A stretch of DNA of 63,761 nucleotides from an uncultured Lachnospiraceae bacterium (GCA_900320325.1 ONRU01000003.1:1-63761), one strand, 5' to 3'; numbered from the stretch's first letter, positions 17,390-26,776 are shown. Notes: generated from the sequence alone by a model not told the origin. Translations and numbers: made by a program.

Positions 17390-20023
17390 ATGAGCAAAAA
17401 GTATTGTTACCTTTTCAGCGAAGGCAACGCAGACATGAGAGAGCTCCTTGGAGGCAAGGGCGCTAACCTGGCAGAGATGACCAATATCGGTCTCCCGGTT
17501 CCTCAGGGCTTCACGATCACTACCGAAGCCTGCACCCAGTATTATGAGGACGGCCGTGAGATCAATCCTTCCATTATGGCTGAGATCAACGAGTATATCG
17601 GCAAGATGGAAGAGATCACCGGCAAGAAGTTCGGCGATGCCAAGAACCCGCTGCTTGTATCTGTCCGTTCCGGCGCGAGAGCGTCCATGCCCGGTATGAT
17701 GGACACGATCCTGAACCTGGGCCTGAACGAGACAGTTGTCAACACCATCGCGGAGCAGTCCGGAAATCCCCGCTGGGCATGGGACTGCTACAGAAGATTC
17801 ATCCAGATGTATTCCGACGTTGTTATGGAAGTCGGCAAAAAGTATTTTGAGGCCCTGATCGACCAGATGAAAGAAGAAAAGGGCGTCAAGCTTGACGTTG
17901 AGCTGGACGCGGATGATCTGCACAAGCTGGCAGACCAGTTCAAGGCTGAATATAAGGCGAAACTGGGAGAAGATTTCCCGTCCGATCCCAAGGAGCAGCT
18001 GATGGGCGCCATCAAGGCTGTTTTCCGTTCCTGGGACAACCCCCGCGCCAATGTTTACAGACGTGACAATGACATCCCCTACAGCTGGGGCACAGCCGTT
18101 AACGTACAGTCCATGGCATTCGGCAACATGGGTGACGACTGCGGTACCGGCGTTGCTTTCACACGTGACCCCGCTACAGGCGCCAAGGGCCTCTTCGGTG
18201 AGTTCCTGACCAACGCCCAGGGTGAAGACGTTGTCGCCGGCGTCCGTACTCCCATGCACATCACCGAGATGGAGCAGAAGTTCCCTGAAGCTTTCAATCA
18301 GTTCAAGGAAGTATGCAGCATCCTCGAGAACCACTACAGAGACATGCAGGATATGGAGTTCACCGTAGAGCACGGCAAACTGTACATGCTGCAGACACGT
18401 AACGGCAAGAGGACCGCGCAGGCCGCTCTGCAGATCGCCTGTGACCTCGTTGACGAAGGCATGAGGACCGAGAAGGAAGCGGTCGCCATGATCGATCCCC
18501 GTAACCTGGATACACTGCTCCATCCTACATTCGACGCCGACGCTCTGAAGGCAGCGACACCCATCGCCAAGGCTCTGGGCGCGGCTCCCGGCGCGGCCTG
18601 CGGTAAGATCGTCTTCACAGCGGAAGACGCTGAGGAATGGGCAGCCAGAGGCGAGAAGGTCGTTCTGGTACGTCTGGAGACCTCTCCTGAGGACATCACC
18701 GGCATGAAGGCAGCCCAGGGTATCCTGACTGTCCGCGGCGGCATGACCTCCCACGCTGCAGTTGTTGCCCGCGGTATGGGCGTCTGCTGCGTATCCGGCT
18801 GCGGCGACATCATCATGGATGAAGCCAACAAGCAGTTCACACTGGCCGGCAAGGTATATCATGAAGGCGATATCATCTCCTTCGACGGCACAACAGGCTG
18901 TGTCTATGACGGCACCATCGCTACTGTCGACGCCCAGATCTCCGGCACATTCGGCCGCATCATGGGATGGGCAGACAAGTATCGCAGACTGAAAGTACGC
19001 ACCAACGCGGATACGCCCCGTGACGCGAAGAAGGCAAGAGAGCTCGGCGCGGAAGGCATCGGCCTTGTTCGTACAGAGCATATGTTCTTCGATGAGGACA
19101 GGATCGCCGCGTTCCGTGAGATGATCTGCTCCGATACCATCGAAGAAAGAGAAGCGGCTCTGGAGAAGATCGAGCCTCTGCAGGAAGGTGACTTCAAGGG
19201 TCTCTTTGAGGCCATGGAAGGTGATCCTGTTACCATCCGTTTCCTGGATCCGCCTCTGCATGAGTTCGTTCCCACTGAGGAAGCTGACATCGAGAAACTG
19301 GCCAAGGCCCAGGATAAGAGCGTAGAAGCCATCAAGGCCATCATTGAAGGCCTCAAGGAATTCAACCCCATGATGGGCCACCGCGGATGCCGTCTGGCAG
19401 TCACCTATCCTGAAATCGCCAAGATGCAGACCACTGCCATTATCCGCGCGGCGATCGCCGTCAAGGCAGATCATCCTGACTGGGATCTGGTTCCCGAGAT
19501 CATGATCCCCCTGATCGGCGAGATCAAGGAACTGAAGTATGTCAAGGACGTTGTTGTTGCTACAGCTGACGCTGAGATCAAGGCAGCAGGCTCCGACCTC
19601 AAGTATGAAGTCGGTACCATGATCGAGATCCCCCGCGCGGCTCTGACAGCGGACGCCATCGCGACAGAGGCTGAGTTCTTCTGCTTCGGTACCAACGACC
19701 TGACCCAGATGACCTATGGCTTCTCCCGTGACGATTCCTCCAAGTTCCTTGGCTCCTACTATGACGCCAAGATCCTGGAAGGCGATCCTTTCGCCAAGCT
19801 GGACCAGACCGGCGTAGGCCTGCTGATGGAAATCGCCATCGAAAAGGGCAAGAAGGTACGTCCCAGCCTGCACGCAGGTATCTGCGGCGAGCACGGCGGC
19901 GATCCTTCCTCTATCGAGTTCTGCGACAAGATCGGCCTGGATTATGTATCCTGCTCACCTTTCCGTGTACCGATCGCCAGACTGGCAGCGGCACAGGCAG
20001 CCATCGCTCACGGCGAAGCATAA
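17390..20023 (+). CDS. ppdK: Pyruvate, phosphate dikinase
   Basis: LLGGKGANLAEM, SVRSGA-x-x-SMPGMMDT, GGMTSHAAVVARG (phospho-His), GICGEHGGD; strongly biased codons. Confidence 0.98.
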   Translation: MSKKYCYLFSEGNADMRELLGGKGANLAEMTNIGLPVPQGFTITTEACTQYYEDGREINPSIMAEINEYIGKMEEITGKKFGDAKNPLLVSVRSGARASMPGMMDTILNLGLNETVVNTIAEQSGNPRWAWDCYRRFIQMYSDVVMEVGKKYFEALIDQMKEEKGVKLDVELDADDLHKLADQFKAEYKAKLGEDFPSDPKEQLMGAIKAVFRSWDNPRANVYRRDNDIPYSWGTAVNVQSMAFGNMGDDCGTGVAFTRDPATGAKGLFGEFLTNAQGEDVVAGVRTPMHITEMEQKFPEAFNQFKEVCSILENHYRDMQDMEFTVEHGKLYMLQTRNGKRTAQAALQIACDLVDEGMRTEKEAVAMIDPRNLDTLLHPTFDADALKAATPIAKALGAAPGAACGKIVFTAEDAEEWAARGEKVVLVRLETSPEDITGMKAAQGILTVRGGMTSHAAVVARGMGVCCVSGCGDIIMDEANKQFTLAGKVYHEGDIISFDGTTGCVYDGTIATVDAQISGTFGRIMGWADKYRRLKVRTNADTPRDAKKARELGAEGIGLVRTEHMFFDEDRIAAFREMICSDTIEEREAALEKIEPLQEGDFKGLFEAMEGDPVTIRFLDPPLHEFVPTEEADIEKLAKAQDKSVEAIKAIIEGLKEFNPMMGHRGCRLAVTYPEIAKMQTTAIIRAAIAVKADHPDWDLVPEIMIPLIGEIKELKYVKDVVVATADAEIKAAGSDLKYEVGTMIEIPRAALTADAIATEAEFFCFGTNDLTQMTYGFSRDDSSKFLGSYYDAKILEGDPFAKLDQTGVGLLMEIAIEKGKKVRPSLHAGICGEHGGDPSSIEFCDKIGLDYVSCSPFRVPIARLAAAQAAIAHGEA

Positions 20024-20068
20024 GAAACGCCGGATCCCTCCGGGATCTGACAAGATCTGACGTAAACG

Positions 20069-20101
20069 AGGCCGTCACTCTTCGGAGTGGCGGCCTTTTT
20101 T
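20069..20101 (+). terminator. Intrinsic terminator of ppdK
   Basis: AGGCCGTCACTC-TTCG-GAGTGGCGGCCT followed by T-tract. Confidence 0.9.
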
Positions 20102-20107
20102 ACGGCG

Positions 20108-20144
20108 TCAGAAAACCGCCGCAGGACCTGCGGCGGTTTTCTGA
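20108..20144. terminator. Second hairpin, probable terminator of the convergent small gene
   Basis: Perfect 18-bp inverted repeat TCAGAAAACCGCCGCAGG-a-CCTGCGGCGGTTTTCTGA. Confidence 0.75.
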
Positions 20145-20207
20145 GAGATGAATAGAAGGATAGTAAAAATTTTTATAGGAAGTAAACAGAAGAGCGTCCC
20201 TGCCGGA

Positions 20208-20474
20208 TCAGGCGAAATTTCTCCAGCTCAGTCCGTAGACCTGCTCCATGAGTTTGAGGACCTCCTCCTTCATGCGCTGGCAGGCTTCGCTTTCACTGGC
20301 GAACTGCATCAGGCCGATCTTCTTCTTTTTGTCGCTGAAATAAATCTCCCAGCCTTTTTTGGTACGTCCCATGCAGATCCTGTTCTTATGGTTGCCGCCT
20401 TTAAAGCTGTATACATTGGCGGGGACCAGGTGCTCTTTGAAGAATTTCTTTAAATCTTTTACAGTCATGTTCAT
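20208..20474 (-). CDS. Small basic hypothetical protein (88 aa), possibly immunity-protein-like
   Basis: AAAGGA SD, own promoter and terminator; pattern W-E-I-Y-F-S...F-x-S-E-x-E-A-C. Confidence 0.75.
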   Translation of the reverse strand: MNMTVKDLKKFFKEHLVPANVYSFKGGNHKNRICMGRTKKGWEIYFSDKKKKIGLMQFASESEACQRMKEEVLKLMEQVYGLSWRNFA

Positions 20475-20522
20475 GCATCCTTTCCGGCGAGCCAGGCCGT
20501 TAAAAATAATGAAAACGCTAAG

Positions 20523-20543
20523 ATGTAGTTATCAAAACTACAT
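20523..20543. promoter_or_regulatory. Candidate operator, perfect 8-5-8 palindrome
   Basis: ATGTAGTT-atcaa-AACTACAT directly downstream of the minus-strand -10. Confidence 0.55.
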
Positions 20544-20545
20544 TT

Positions 20546-20574
20546 ACTATAGCACCGGATTCTGCCGGATGCAA
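20546..20574 (-). promoter_or_regulatory. sigmaA promoter for the 88-aa gene
   Basis: Minus strand TTGCAT-N17-TATAGT with extended TG. Confidence 0.65.
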
Positions 20575-20723
20575 CAGTAATTTTTTAAAACTCTTCAGAA
20601 AGTTGCGGAAAAACGATTTCAGGATGTTATAAATCTGATAAAAGGTTTTTATATATCTGATAACGGCACATAACAGAACGCGTACAGGAAGGCGGAAGGC
20701 TTTTATTTTTTATCGGCTCCTGT

Positions 20724-20752
20724 TTGCTACTACGGCATGTATGGTTTATAAT
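20724..20752 (+). promoter_or_regulatory. sigmaA promoter for STAS/anti-sigma/NHLM exporter operon
   Basis: TTGCTA-N17-TATAAT. Confidence 0.7.
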
Positions 20753-20803
20753 AAAATCTCAGGATATCTCAACTATGTTCATAAATAATTTTGGAGGATA
20801 GAA

Positions 20804-21100
20804 ATGGAAATCAGGAAAACATTGAACGGAACAGAATTAACAATCAAGGTAGAAGGCAGGCTGGATACCATGACAGCGCCGGCTCTCGAGACAGAACTCC
20901 GCCGTTCTCTGAACGGGATCACGGATCTGACCCTGGACTTCACGAATCTGGAGTATATTTCTTCCGCGGGCCTTCGTGTTCTGCTCTCTGCCCAGAAAGT
21001 CATGAACCGGCAGGGCAATATGAAACTGATCCATGTCTGTGAACCTGTTATGGAGGTCTTTGAGGTCACCGGTTTCAGCGATATTCTTACAATCGAATAA
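20804..21100 (+). CDS. STAS-domain anti-sigma factor antagonist (RsbV/SpoIIAA-like)
   Basis: EGRLDT-x-TAP, LEYISSAGLRVLL (phosphorylatable Ser), EVFEVTGF; GGAGG SD. Confidence 0.93.
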   Translation: MEIRKTLNGTELTIKVEGRLDTMTAPALETELRRSLNGITDLTLDFTNLEYISSAGLRVLLSAQKVMNRQGNMKLIHVCEPVMEVFEVTGFSDILTIE

Positions 21101-21149
21101 GCAGCAGGAAGGTCGCAGCATCGCCAGTATTTAAACAGGGTATAATAGC

Positions 21150-21557
21150 ATGAAAAATTTAAATATTGAAGCGAAAGTCGATAACCTGCCGCAGGTCCTT
21201 ATGTTCATTGATTCATATCTGGAGGAAGCTGACTGCCCCATGAAGGCGCAGATGCAGATAGACATATCTGTGGAAGAGATATTTGTCAACATTTCTCAGT
21301 ACGCCTATCCCGGAGGGGTCGGATACGCGGATATCCAGATCAGCGGCAGCAGCGCGGACGGACGCTTTATCATTGTATTCAGAGACAGGGGGATCCCCTA
21401 TGACCCTCTTCGCAAATCAGATCCGGACATAACGCTGGGCGCGGAAGACAGGCCCATAGGAGGCCTGGGTATTTTTATGGTCAAAAAAAATATGGATAAG
21501 CTGGAATACAGCCGAAGCGGCGGAGAGAATATCCTTACCATGACCAAAAACGCATGA
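21150..21557 (+). CDS. Anti-sigma factor/Ser kinase (RsbW-like HATPase)
   Basis: VEEIFVNI-x-x-YAY (N box), DRGIPYDP (G1), GGLGIFMVKK (G2). Confidence 0.92.
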   Translation: MKNLNIEAKVDNLPQVLMFIDSYLEEADCPMKAQMQIDISVEEIFVNISQYAYPGGVGYADIQISGSSADGRFIIVFRDRGIPYDPLRKSDPDITLGAEDRPIGGLGIFMVKKNMDKLEYSRSGGENILTMTKNA

Positions 21558-21593
21558 TACCGCAGGGACATCAGAGGATGGACAAAAAAAGCT

Positions 21594-22079
21594 ATGAGTG
21601 AGAAGAACAGTATTTTCAGAAAGAAAAGCCTGGACCGGATCGAATCACCGGAACAGCTCAATGATTATATCAGAGTCACCAGCCCCGGGATCTGGATCTT
21701 TCTGGCAGCAGCCATCGTCCTGCTGGTGGGGATCATCATCTGGGGCATCTTCGGTCATCTGGTCACCCAGACGGATCTTCAGGTCACTGTGGAAGGAGGA
21801 ACCGGTACCTGCTATGTAACGGCGGTCGTCAGTGAAGATATCAATGAAGACAGCAGGCTTGAGGTGGAGGAATATTCCGTTCCGGTGGAACTGGATACCA
21901 GCCAGTCTGTGATCGCGGCCAGCGTCCTGACGGAAGAAGCCCTGTCCCTGGAAGGGCTGACGGGATCGGAAATTCTGTATCCGGTCACAGCGCAGCTCAG
22001 TCTGGGCAACGGCACCTATAACGGGGCTCTGGTGATCGAAAAGATCAAGCCTATTTCCTTTATCATATCTTCACGTTGA
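21594..22079 (+). CDS. Short NHLM bacteriocin-system secretion accessory protein (truncated HlyD-like)
   Basis: IFRKKSLDRIESPEQLNDYIRVTSP, one TM helix, C-terminal PISFI; lacks the long coiled coil. Confidence 0.82.
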   Translation: MSEKNSIFRKKSLDRIESPEQLNDYIRVTSPGIWIFLAAAIVLLVGIIIWGIFGHLVTQTDLQVTVEGGTGTCYVTAVVSEDINEDSRLEVEEYSVPVELDTSQSVIAASVLTEEALSLEGLTGSEILYPVTAQLSLGNGTYNGALVIEKIKPISFIISSR

Positions 22080-22095
22080 CAGGCAGGAGAAAAGG

Positions 22096-24279
22096 ATGAG
22101 CAGCAAGGTAAAAGTCAAGGACCCGGTCAGCAAAGGCGTGGCAAAGGTTCCGGTCGTCATGCAGCTGGAAGCCCTGGAATGCGGGGCAGCCTGTCTGGCT
22201 ATGGTCCTGGCATATTATGAGAAGTGGATCCCTCTGGAGCAGGTCCGTACGGACTGCGGTGTTTCCAGAGACGGCTCCAACGCGAAAAATATACTGATCG
22301 CCGCGAGAAATTACGGACTTGAGGCAAAAGGGTACCGGTTCGAACCGGAGATCCTCAAAGAGAACGGTGAATTTCCCTGTATCATTCACTGGAATTTCAA
22401 CCACTTTGTGGTACTGGATGGATTTAAGGGCAACTACGCCATGCTCAATGACCCCGCCAGGGGTGAGGTGAAGGTATCCATGGAGGAGTTTGACAAATCC
22501 TTCACGGGCATCTGCCTGATGTTCTGGCCGGGTGAGAACTTTGAACCCAGCGGAAAACAGAAGAGTGTGCTTGATTTCGCTAAAGCGAGGATGAAGGGGG
22601 CCGGTTCTGCGGCCGCTTTTATTGTTATGTCCTCTGTGATCTCCTCGCTCCTCAATCTGATCAATCCCGGCTTCTCGAGAGTATTCTTCGACAGACTGCT
22701 GGTGGGCAAGAATCCGGACTGGGCCATGCCCTTTATCATCGCTCTGGCCGCTTTCACGGCCCTGGAAATCCTGATCGCGGGCATGCGGGAGATCTACAGC
22801 CTGCGGATCAACGGCAAAATGTCCATTGTGGGCAATTCCACCTATATGTGGAAGGTCCTCCGCCTGCCCATGGAATTTTATTCCCAGCGGATGGCCGGCG
22901 ATATCCAGCAGCGAAAGGGGACCAACGCGGTCATTGCCGGCAACCTGATCAATACCTTCGCCCCCCTCTTCCTGGATTCTGTCATGATGGTCTTTTATCT
23001 GGCAGTCATGCTGCGGATCAGCGCCGTACTGACCATTCTGGGCCTGGCTTCCATGGTCATCAATATCTTCATGTCCAGGATCATATCCGCCCGGAGGATC
23101 AATATCACCCGTGTCCAGATGCGTGACAGCGGCAAGCTGGCCGGCGCTACCGTAGCCGGTATCGAGATGATCGAATCCATCAAGTCCACGGGCGCGGAAG
23201 AAGGTTACTTTGAGAGATGGGCCGGTTATCAGGCCAGTGTCAACACCCAGGACGTCAAATATAACCTGATCAATCAGTATCTGGGCATGATCCCTTCCCT
23301 GGTGTCCATGATCACCAACGTGCTGGTCGTCATCATGGGCGTCTACCTGACCATGCAGGGCCAGTTCACCATCGGTCTGATCACCCAGTTCCAGGGCTAT
23401 CTGTCCAGCTTTATGTCGCCTGCCACCAGGCTGACCTCCGCCGGCCAGACCCTGCAGGAGATGCGGACCTCCATGGAACGGATCGAAGACGTCATGCAGT
23501 ATCCGGATGACCCGGTCCTGGCCAATGACGACTACGATGAAAAAATGGAATATGACAAGCTGTCCGGCACGGTCGAGCTCAAACATGTGACCTTCGGCTA
23601 TTCCAGGCTGGCCAAACCTCTGATCGAGGATTTCAACCTGACCATGAAGCCCGGCAGCAGGATCGCCCTGGTCGGTTCCTCCGGCTGCGGCAAATCCACC
23701 ATTTCCAAACTGATCTCGGGCCTCTATCATCCCTGGAGCGGTGAGATCCTGTTTGACGGAAAGAAATGCACGGAGATCGACAGAGGCGTCTTTACGGGCT
23801 CCCTGGCGGTCGTCGACCAGGACATCATCCTGTTCGAAGATACCATTGCCAACAATATACGCATGTGGGACAACAGCATCGAGGACTTCGAAATCATCCT
23901 GGCTGCCAGAGACGCCCAGATCCATGATGATATCATGCAGCGTGACGGCGGTTATGAATACCGGATCACGGAAGGCGGCCGGGACTTTTCCGGCGGCCAG
24001 CGCCAGAGAATGGAGATCGCCCGGGTCCTGGCCCAGGATCCGACCATCATCATCCTGGATGAAGCGACCTCGGCCCTGGATGCCAAGACCGAGTATGAGG
24101 TCGTCAAAGCCATCCGCGACAGGGGCATCACCTGCATCGTGGTAGCCCACCGCCTTTCCACCATCCGTGACTCCGACGAGATCATTGTACTGGATCACGG
24201 AAAGGTCGTGGAACGGGGGACCCACGAAGAACTCTTCGCGAAAGGCGGCGCCTACGCGTCTCTTGTTACCAATGAATAA
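22096..24279 (+). CDS. NHLM/NHLP-type ABC exporter with C39 peptidase, TMD and ATPase
   Basis: QLEALECGAACLAM, GVSRDGS, HWNFNHFVV, NDP (intact C39 Cys/His/Asp); GSSGCGKST, FSGGQRQR, LDEATSALD. Confidence 0.95.
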   Translation: MSSKVKVKDPVSKGVAKVPVVMQLEALECGAACLAMVLAYYEKWIPLEQVRTDCGVSRDGSNAKNILIAARNYGLEAKGYRFEPEILKENGEFPCIIHWNFNHFVVLDGFKGNYAMLNDPARGEVKVSMEEFDKSFTGICLMFWPGENFEPSGKQKSVLDFAKARMKGAGSAAAFIVMSSVISSLLNLINPGFSRVFFDRLLVGKNPDWAMPFIIALAAFTALEILIAGMREIYSLRINGKMSIVGNSTYMWKVLRLPMEFYSQRMAGDIQQRKGTNAVIAGNLINTFAPLFLDSVMMVFYLAVMLRISAVLTILGLASMVINIFMSRIISARRINITRVQMRDSGKLAGATVAGIEMIESIKSTGAEEGYFERWAGYQASVNTQDVKYNLINQYLGMIPSLVSMITNVLVVIMGVYLTMQGQFTIGLITQFQGYLSSFMSPATRLTSAGQTLQEMRTSMERIEDVMQYPDDPVLANDDYDEKMEYDKLSGTVELKHVTFGYSRLAKPLIEDFNLTMKPGSRIALVGSSGCGKSTISKLISGLYHPWSGEILFDGKKCTEIDRGVFTGSLAVVDQDIILFEDTIANNIRMWDNSIEDFEIILAARDAQIHDDIMQRDGGYEYRITEGGRDFSGGQRQRMEIARVLAQDPTIIILDEATSALDAKTEYEVVKAIRDRGITCIVVAHRLSTIRDSDEIIVLDHGKVVERGTHEELFAKGGAYASLVTNE

Positions 24280-24326
24280 ACACGACTTGCTTTCAGCACC
24301 TGTTTCTGAAGCCCGGGAGGAATACC

Positions 24327-26510
24327 ATGGGTTGGTTTGATGAACAGATAAAACAACGAAAGATCAGCGACGACGAGCAGTTCCAGGATTCCTTTATCCG
24401 TATGGCCGGCGCGGTCATGGGCGCCAGGGCGGAATCCGCCCTCAAGGATGAGCGGGCCAGGGCCAAGAACGCCATCGATGAGATCCTGAAATATTATCAC
24501 TATAAGCTGCAGGATGTGCCGGATAATATCCGGGAATGGACGGACCAGCTGGATTACCTGATGCGGCCCCACGGCCTGATGCACCGGACTGTCAAGCTGG
24601 AGAAAGGCTGGTATAAGGATGCCTGCGGTCCCATGCTGGCCGTCCGCAGGGATACAGGCATGGTCACGGCCCTGATCCCCGGCAATATCATGGGATATAC
24701 CTTCCTGGACCCGGAGACCGGAGAACGCCGTAAGGTCGACAGTACCACGGAACAGCTTTTTGAAGAGGAAGGCCTGTGTTTTTATAAGCCTTTTCCCCTG
24801 CGGGAGCTGACCATCAGGGATATGTTCAGCTATATCCTGGGGACCGTGACCCGGTCCGATGTCATGCTGATGATCATTGTCACCCTGGTCTGTACCCTGG
24901 TGGGTATGATCTCCCCCAGGCTCCAGCAGTTCCTGTTCAGTGATGTGGTGGACAGCAAAAGTGTCAGGATCCTGATCGCCATCGCGGTCTTTATGATCTG
25001 CGTCAGGATTTCAGAGACCCTCCTGTCCATCGCCAAGCAGATGGTCAATTCCAGAATTGAATCCCAGATGAGCATGCAGGTCGAATCCGCGGTCATGATG
25101 CGGGTCCTGTCCCTGCCGGCCAGTTTCTTTAAACAGTACAGTTCCGGTGATCTGCAGACCAGGACCCAGTATGTGAGCACCCTCTGCAACACCCTGTCCA
25201 TGATCATTTTCTCGACCGGACTGACCTCCGTCACATCGCTCCTTTACATCGCGCAGATCCGTTCTTTCGCGCCTTCCATGGCCGTACCGGCCCTGATCAT
25301 CATCGTGGTCACGGTATGCTTCAGTATGGTAACGACCCTGGTGCAGATGCGGATCAGCAAGCAGCAGATGGAGCTGGCTGCCAAAGAGAACGGCCTGAGC
25401 TATTCCCTGATCTCGGGCGTGCAGAAGATCCGTCTGGCCGGCGCGGAAAAGAGGGCATTCGCCAAATGGGCGGATACCTTTTCCAAGTCCGCTTCCCTGA
25501 CCTATAACCTGCCCCTGTTCCTGCGGATCAACGGCACCATTACCACGGCCCTGGGCCTGATCAGTACGGTGATCTTCTACTATCTGGCCATCCAGAGCAA
25601 TATTACCACAGCGGACTACTATGCCTTTACCGCTTCCTACGGCATGGTCTTCGGCGCCTTTTCCAGCCTTTCGGGTATCGCGACCACGGTCGCGGAGATC
25701 CGTCCGGTACTGGAGATGGTGGAGCCTTTCTTCAAGGCAGTGCCGGAAACGGCGGAAGGCAAGCAGGTCATTTCCAGGCTGTCCGGCGGCATTGAGCTGA
25801 GCAATGTCTCTTTCCGGTATAATGACAGTATGCCCCTGGTCATTGACGGCATGAACCTGAAGATCCGGCCCGGCCAGTATGTGGCCATCGTCGGCAGGAC
25901 AGGCTGCGGCAAGTCTACCCTGATGCGTCTGATGCTGGGCTTTGAGACGCCCTCCAAGGGAGCCGTCTACTATGACGGAAAGGATATTGCCAGACTGGAC
26001 CTCAAGTCCCTGCGCCAGAAGATCGGCACCGTCATGCAGAACGGCAAGCTCTTCATGGGCAGTATCTATGAGAACATTTCCATTTCAGCGCCCTCTCTGA
26101 CCATGCAGGGTGCCTGGGACGCGGCTGAAATGGCCGGTCTTGCCGATGATATCCGGGATATGCCCATGGGCATGATGACCATCATCGGAGAGGGACAGGG
26201 CGGTATTTCGGGCGGACAGAAGCAGAGGATCATGATCGCCAGAGCCGTTGCGGGCAAGCCCAGGATCCTTATGTTCGACGAAGCGACCTCCGCCCTGGAC
26301 AACCATACCCAGAAGAAGGTGACGGAGGCCCTGGATGCCCTCAAATGCACCAGGATCGTTATAGCCCACCGCCTTTCGACCATCCGTCACTGTGACAGGA
26401 TCCTGGTCCTGGACCAGGGCAGGATCATTGAGGACGGGACCTACGAAGAACTGATCGAGAAGAACGGCTTCTTCGCGGACCTGGTCAGCCGTCAGCGGCT
26501 GGATACCTGA
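24327..26510 (+). CDS. NHLM/NHLP-type ABC exporter, second subunit (no intact peptidase)
   Basis: N-terminal domain with R-x-V-x-L...W-Y-x-D...P-M-L but no C39 QxxxxxC motif; TMD; GRTGCGKST, ISGGQKQR, FDEATSALD. Confidence 0.93.
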   Translation: MGWFDEQIKQRKISDDEQFQDSFIRMAGAVMGARAESALKDERARAKNAIDEILKYYHYKLQDVPDNIREWTDQLDYLMRPHGLMHRTVKLEKGWYKDACGPMLAVRRDTGMVTALIPGNIMGYTFLDPETGERRKVDSTTEQLFEEEGLCFYKPFPLRELTIRDMFSYILGTVTRSDVMLMIIVTLVCTLVGMISPRLQQFLFSDVVDSKSVRILIAIAVFMICVRISETLLSIAKQMVNSRIESQMSMQVESAVMMRVLSLPASFFKQYSSGDLQTRTQYVSTLCNTLSMIIFSTGLTSVTSLLYIAQIRSFAPSMAVPALIIIVVTVCFSMVTTLVQMRISKQQMELAAKENGLSYSLISGVQKIRLAGAEKRAFAKWADTFSKSASLTYNLPLFLRINGTITTALGLISTVIFYYLAIQSNITTADYYAFTASYGMVFGAFSSLSGIATTVAEIRPVLEMVEPFFKAVPETAEGKQVISRLSGGIELSNVSFRYNDSMPLVIDGMNLKIRPGQYVAIVGRTGCGKSTLMRLMLGFETPSKGAVYYDGKDIARLDLKSLRQKIGTVMQNGKLFMGSIYENISISAPSLTMQGAWDAAEMAGLADDIRDMPMGMMTIIGEGQGGISGGQKQRIMIARAVAGKPRILMFDEATSALDNHTQKKVTEALDALKCTRIVIAHRLSTIRHCDRILVLDQGRIIEDGTYEELIEKNGFFADLVSRQRLDT

Positions 26511-26552
26511 GATCTGAGATAAGGAACGGACCTTAAGACCGGAAGATACATG

Positions 26553-26588
26553 ATCCGGCCGCGGCTCTGCCCGCGGCCGGATTTTTTT
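26553..26588 (+). terminator. Intrinsic terminator closing the exporter operon
   Basis: ATCCGGCCGCGG-ctctgc-CCGCGGCCGGAT followed by T-tract. Confidence 0.85.
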
Positions 26589-26776
26589 CTGACCGGAATG
26601 GACAGACTGCCGGGATGCCTGCTGCCTGTATCTGCGCGGCATGCGGTTCGTTCCGCGGCCGGCGCTTTCTTTCGCGGCTGTCAGGATAAAAAAACACGGA
26701 ATAAGAAAAAACGAGTAAAATGTAGATATAATAAGAAAATGAGAGAAAAACAGAGAAAACAGGTATATAAATCGGT

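Noticed and set aside
17357-19894. Long antisense ORFs (845 aa opposite ppdK; also 7375-9678, 22063-24225, 42920-45223, 33653-35371, 11430-13289 and others)
   Set aside because: They shadow well-supported genes codon for codon, lack family motifs, and are expected from GC-rich third positions
20108-20144. Perfect inverted repeats (here and 52209-52250) as mobile-element ends
   Set aside because: No transposase, target duplication or second copy; positions fit terminators
20590-20604. CodY-box-like ACTCTTCAGAAAGTT in the divergent promoter region
   Set aside because: Three mismatches to AATTTTCWGAAAATT in AT-rich DNA; not distinguishable from chance
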